DNA from: Hyaloraphidium curvatum SAG 235-1
Taxonomy: Eukaryota; Fungi; Monoblepharomycota
DNA length: 64,000 nt
NCBI GenBank assembly: GCA_025558095.1
Contig: JAIVFI010000010.1
Span: 1 to 64,000, forward strand
Direction of reading: 5' to 3'
Shown here piece after piece: positions 59,244 through 64,000 of the stretch (the first letter of the stretch is position 1; every line of letters starts with the position of its first letter). The notes beneath the pieces were generated by a model that saw only the letters and a program-made list of their open reading frames with translations, searched no databases and was not told the DNA's origin. Made by a program: the position numbers and the translations under genes.

Positions 59244-60441
59244 TCAAAGCTTCAAGTTCAGCAGCCCGCCCGCAGACTTGGAAGGCTTGTATGGCGGCGC
59301 CTCCGAGCACTCGTGGCGCGGCACGTCGCCCTTGATGGTGATGCGGTGCATGACGCGGACGTGTCCGTGGTACTATAAGGCAAAGGAATGCGGTGAGCAG
59401 GGCCTGGGCGGCAGAAGAGCGCTCCTTCACCCACATCGTTCACGGCGTTGTGCAGGACCGCCCGGTTGTCCCACAGCGCGAGGCTCCCCTCCTCCCACCT
59501 CCACCTGCACGTGTACTCGGGCCGCACCATGTGGTCCCACAGGTACCGCAGCAGCGCCAGGGCCTCCTCGTTCTTCCACCCGTCGATCCCGACCGTGTGC
59601 CCGCCGTTGGTGAAGAGCGCGCGGCGGCCCGTCTCGGGGTGCTGTCGGACGAGCGGGTGGCACGCCTTGAGCTCCTCGGACTGGATCGAGGTCGTGGTGC
59701 CGGAGGAGGCGACGCGGTGGGAGCGGGAGATGATGGCGCCGGGGGTGAGGTTGGTCGTCTTGACCTTGAGCTTGTTGACGACAGCCTTCAGGCCCGACGA
59801 AAGCGTCTCGTACGCGAGGTACTGGTTCGAGAACAAGGTGTCTCCGCCCGAGGGCGGGACCTTGCGGGCAAGCAGCATCGTGTATTTTGGCGGGATCGTC
59901 AAGTACGTCGTGCTGTCGCCGCGTTAGCAAGGCGAGGAAGAGACGTCCAACAAGGACCCACTCTGAATGCCAGCCCCCACCTGACCAAGGCCGGCTTCAG
60001 CAAAGAGCGGGAGCAGAGCTGTGCGGCACACCCACCAAAGTTTATGGTCTCGGCCTCCATCTTCGAGATGACCGTGATGTTGGGGAACTCCTTGCTGACG
60101 CTGGCGAGCGGACCCGCTTCAACAACGAGCAGGCTTAAAGCTGCGCCGCACACCACCGACCCGCTCAGCATGGGATACTCCGAAACCTCGCCAAAGTTCT
60201 CAGCAAAGTCGTGGTACTGCCTGTCCGTGAGGTGCCCCTGCTTCCTGAAGAACACCACCCCGAAATGGAGCAGCGCCTGCTTGATCTCCGCCACCGTCTG
60301 AGCGTCGAGCTTGGCCAGGTCCACGCCCGATATTTCCGCGCCGCAGGCGCCCGAGGCCGGGGTGATTGTCAGGCGGCGGAAGGGGACGGGCTCCGGTTGG
60401 AACCACGGCTGGTCCGGGTAGGCGGGGAGCTGCTGCGCCAT
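59244..60441 (-). CDS. TauD/TfdA-family Fe(II)/2-oxoglutarate dioxygenase
   Basis: GAEISGVDL, VVFFRKQ, spliced WHSD, GGDTLF, HPLVRQHPETGR, WDNRAVLH, RVMHR. Confidence 0.9.
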
Positions 60442-60952
60442 TGCCGCTCGCCCGCCAGCAGAGAGCGCACAAATACGGGCTGTGAGTGCTCGTCCGCCGG
60501 CAGGGACAGCACGAGTACGGGCCGCGAGGCGTGGGAGACGCGGACACAATTGCTGGTGGCGGCGTTCCAATCCCTTGTCCCTTGCATCACTGGTGAAGGT
60601 GAGGTGGTTCCGGGCGTTGCCCGTGAAGATCGGGGAGCAGATTGCGGAAGCTGCGTTCGAGCTGGAGGGTGCGGAGCCGCCGCCAAGATGGGCCTAGCGC
60701 GATGGTGTCTCTTCTATCGATGAACTGGGCCGCTGCCTTTGTCCTTTGAAAGCCTCGCCATCGGGTGCTCGCCCGTTCCCCAAGCCCACGTCCCCCTCAA
60801 CGATATCTTGAAAGGTACTTGTGCGTCCATCAGCACGCGGGTTGCGGCCTACGCACTCGACATTGGGCCGAATGTGGTTCCGCTCGAGGACCCTGCGATG
60901 TACTATAATCTGTGCTAAGGCAGGCAGTCCGCAAGCACAGAGTCGCGCCAAG

Positions 60953-63900
60953 TTACGGGCACGGGGTCGCGGTCTGCACCGAGCACGGAATGCACGACCC
61001 GTTCCCCTTGTAGGACTGCTGTCCGGACGAGTCCCCGTACCACCAGTCTGCTGGGGTGCAGGTGTCCGTGCTGCTGCCCCAGAAGCAGTTGGTGCCATTC
61101 AAGGTGGCCACGTTGCAACCCGGAGACTGGTCGCATCGCTCTTCGCACGCGCGCAGGCTGGGTGGCAAGTCGATGGCCGCCGACCAGCTCCAGCAGAAGT
61201 ACACGGGCGGCGGGCAAATCGTGTAGGTCGGCGTCACGCTTGTGCTGCTCGTTGTGGTGGTTGGAGAGGTCACGGTCCAGCTAGTGGACGTGGTCCTGCT
61301 GGTGGTCGTCGTCCGCGTAATCGGCCGCGTGGGCTGGGTCTTTTGACTTGCGCAGAACTCGTAACGGTCGATGCAGGTGGGGCAGAAGCCGTCGCCTCGG
61401 TATGCGCCCTGCGCGTTCCTGCCCGAAGGGCCCCCGCCGTGGATGTAGCAACTGTCCAGGTTGAAAAAGTAGCATAGGCTGGCCTCCAGGAAGACGTAGT
61501 TGCACCCGGGAACGTTCTCGCCGAGCGCGGCGCAGACCTCGATCGGGGCCGCCGGATCGATGAACTGGTTCCCCAGCCGCGTCCCGCAGAAGTTGCCCGG
61601 GGTCGGGCAAGCGGTCCAGACGGGGTCGGTCCGTGTGCTGACCGGGGTCCTAGTAGTCCAGTCGCATGCATAGGTGGGAACAATCCCCCTGCCGGCCCAG
61701 CACTTGCCCCAGCCTGCGGCGGCAGGAGCCAATGTAGCGAAAGTCGTGTGGCGCATCAGCAAGGCCACCCACCTACGCGGCATCCTGACCCGCACCATAG
61801 CGCTCCGCTGTCCCCGCCGTCGTCTGGAAACGGACGTTAAATGCCGTCGTTCCGACCCGTACCCCTCCCTTCGCGCACCTTGGCAGAAACCGTTCGGGGA
61901 GCAGCAGATCCCCGGCGGGCACGCGACGCCGACAAAAGGTCCGCATGCCTGTGGCACGGCCGTGGCAGCGGGATAGTTGGTACAGGGAACAAAGACCGGG
62001 GTCCCAGAAGACAGCGTGACGGTCGGCGCGGCCGACACGGTGGGGCAGTAGTAGGACGACGTGGTGTTTGCCCAGCACTTGCCGTAGCCGACCTGACATC
62101 CCCTCCCGCACCACGCGGAGCCTGGTTGCCGCGCATCAGCATGCGCATGTCCGAGCGACCAGGCCGGCTCACCGCTGTCACCTCCGTCGTCCTGGCAACT
62201 CCCCGCCTCGGAGCAGCACAGGTCATCGTTGCCACACCGCAGGCCGAAGCCCCTGCCGCAGAACGACGAGTTCAAATTGGCGGGGATATTGGGGCAGGGA
62301 ACGAACACGGGTACGCCGGAAGACGTAGTGATGGAGGCGAAGGTGGTGGCGGAGGAGGTGAGGGTGGTGAGGGTGGTGCGGGTGGGGGAGGTGGTCCGCG
62401 TGTACGTCGGGCACGAGAAGGCGTCGGGGTCGGTCACGTTGGCCCAGCACTTGCCGTAGCCCCTCTGGCACCCCGTGCCGCACCACGCGGCGCCGCTGTC
62501 CCCGCCGTCGTCCTCGCAGAACCCGGAGGAGCTGCAGCAGATTTGCCTGGCGCAGCGGGTGCCGGGGTCGGTACCGCAGCGGCCGTCCTGAGTCTGGGGG
62601 AGGTTCGGGCAGGCGACAAAGACGGGGAGGCCGGAGGAGGTGGTGATTGAGGCGAAAGTGGTTGTCCGGCTGGACGAGGTCGTCACGGAGGTCGAAGCGG
62701 TGGAGGTCGACCCTGTGCCGGTCGCAGCGGTGGCCGTCCGGGTAACCGAGGCGGTCGGGCTCTGCGTCAGCGAGATCGTAGCTGTGCGCGACGTCGTCAG
62801 CGTCCTGGGGGCAGTGGTGGTGCTGGTGGTGGCAGTGAAAGGAGTCGTGGTCTGCCGGACGAGAGCGCGCGTGAGCAAAAGACGCCTGGACGCCTTCAAC
62901 GTCCGATCGACGCACCGTCGTCACGGGCACCGGCAGCTCGATCTGGTCCCCGTCCGGCACCAACCCTGTCCCATCCGCCTGCAGCGTCATGAACGGGTTC
63001 CCCGTGTCCCCCGCCTGCGCGATCGCCACGAAGGCGTCGGGCGCGACCGCGACGCTGGCGGAGAACAGCCCCTCGGCGTCCGTCAATGTCGTGCCGGCCT
63101 CGTCAGAGGGGGGATCGGAGGGGCCGGTGAGGACGGCGAGGCGCTGGTTGGCGTAGGGAATGTCGACCTCGGGGTCGTACACGCCGTCCTCGTTGACGTC
63201 GAAGAAGGCGCGGCCGGCGAGCACCTGGGTCTGTCACAAAGCGACCCGGGAGGCGTCAGACGTTAGCAATCGAGGGTGAATCAGTTTTCCAGAGCAGAAG
63301 GACGACCCACAATGACATTGGGCTGCGTAACCGTCCTCAGCGTGCGCGAGGTCGACGTCGTCCTGGTGGCCGAGGTCGTCCTGCTCCGCGACGTCGCGGT
63401 CCGGACCACCGTGACAAAGGTGGTCCGCACGCCCGCGAGCGTGGTGGTCCGCGTCGCCGTCGCCAGGTCCAAGACCACCACCGTGGAGGTCACCGTGGTC
63501 GTAGATCGCCTCGGGCAGCACGCCACGGCGTCGCTGCCCGACTGCCGCGGCCGGCCCGTGCGGCCGTAGAACATCCGGTAGGCGCCGAGGGCCAAGTCTT
63601 CGGGGCAGTCAACGCACAGGTGCCTGCGCTGGAGTCGCGAACCGCCACCCGCCGGAACCGGAGGCGGTCCGTCGGCCAGCGCCCCGAGAAAAGTCACGTT
63701 CAGGGTGCGGCGCTTCATGCCCATTTTGTCCCTCTCGAGCGAGCCGATGCGAAGCTCCTTCAGCGACCACTGCGGAGCGGTGCGGTCCGGGTTCGCGGTT
63801 TCGGGGCTGCCGCCTGCTCCAGGGGTTCCACCCGAGCTTCCGCCCAACCTGTTGCCCGCGATGCCGAACCGCCCCGACGTCAGAAAATCATCCGTAGACG

Positions 63901-64000
63901 TCCCACCCGGGTCCGGTGGGTTCGAGCCGGGCAGCGGCACTCTCACGCCCTCACCGACCAGCATCCCCAGCCTCAGCACCGCGCTGTCCCCCGCGACCGT
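60953..64000 (-). CDS. Large secreted mosaic protein: Cys module, SdrD-B-like domain, three CBM18 (hevein) domains and Cys-rich PAN/apple-like C-terminal domains; 5' end probably outside the window
   Basis: GRAFFDVNEDGVYD...TTLTDAEGLF; three CG..C...CCSxxGxC..W/YCGxGCxxGxGKCW repeats; CEERCDQSPGC; T/S linkers; several introns. Confidence 0.8.

Noticed and set aside
1-64000. Bacterial origin or contamination, suggested by high GC and bacterial-like enzymes
   Set aside because: Spliceosomal introns interrupt conserved motifs throughout, and Zn2Cys6, CBM18 and mitochondrial presequences are present.

Overview
GC-rich eukaryotic, gene-dense DNA with many short spliceosomal introns (mostly GT-AG with CTRAC-like branch points, a few GC-AG). 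A Zn2Cys6 transcription factor and CBM18 domains mark it as fungal. The gene content suggests an early-diverging zoosporic lineage, for example Monoblepharidomycota (inference). About 30 genes or gene remnants can be read. Recognisable ones include FUN14, an HSL-family esterase, two MFS transporters, an M72-like metalloprotease, a fasciclin, an SDR, a GST, flavohemoglobin, a 7TM-RGS receptor, alkaline phosphatase, mitochondrial EF-G2, an RraA-like protein, ACSS3/PrpE, a Zn2Cys6 TF, an acyl-CoA dehydrogenase/CaiB pair, a tandem kinase, LEU2, TauD and a CBM18 protein. The most notable observations are: (1) three intronless paralogues of an uncharacterised 7-TM family whose C-terminus resembles gustatory-receptor-like/DUF3537 (7TMIC) channels, one of them head-to-head with a non-RD tandem kinase; (2) three EsV-1-7-type CCCH-repeat genes, all disrupted; (3) a ~600 bp upstream region duplicated in front of the Zn2Cys6 TF and a GPI-protein gene; (4) several bacterial-type domains and genes. 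All family calls are by eye from motifs; no database search was run. Exon boundaries and starts are manual predictions.
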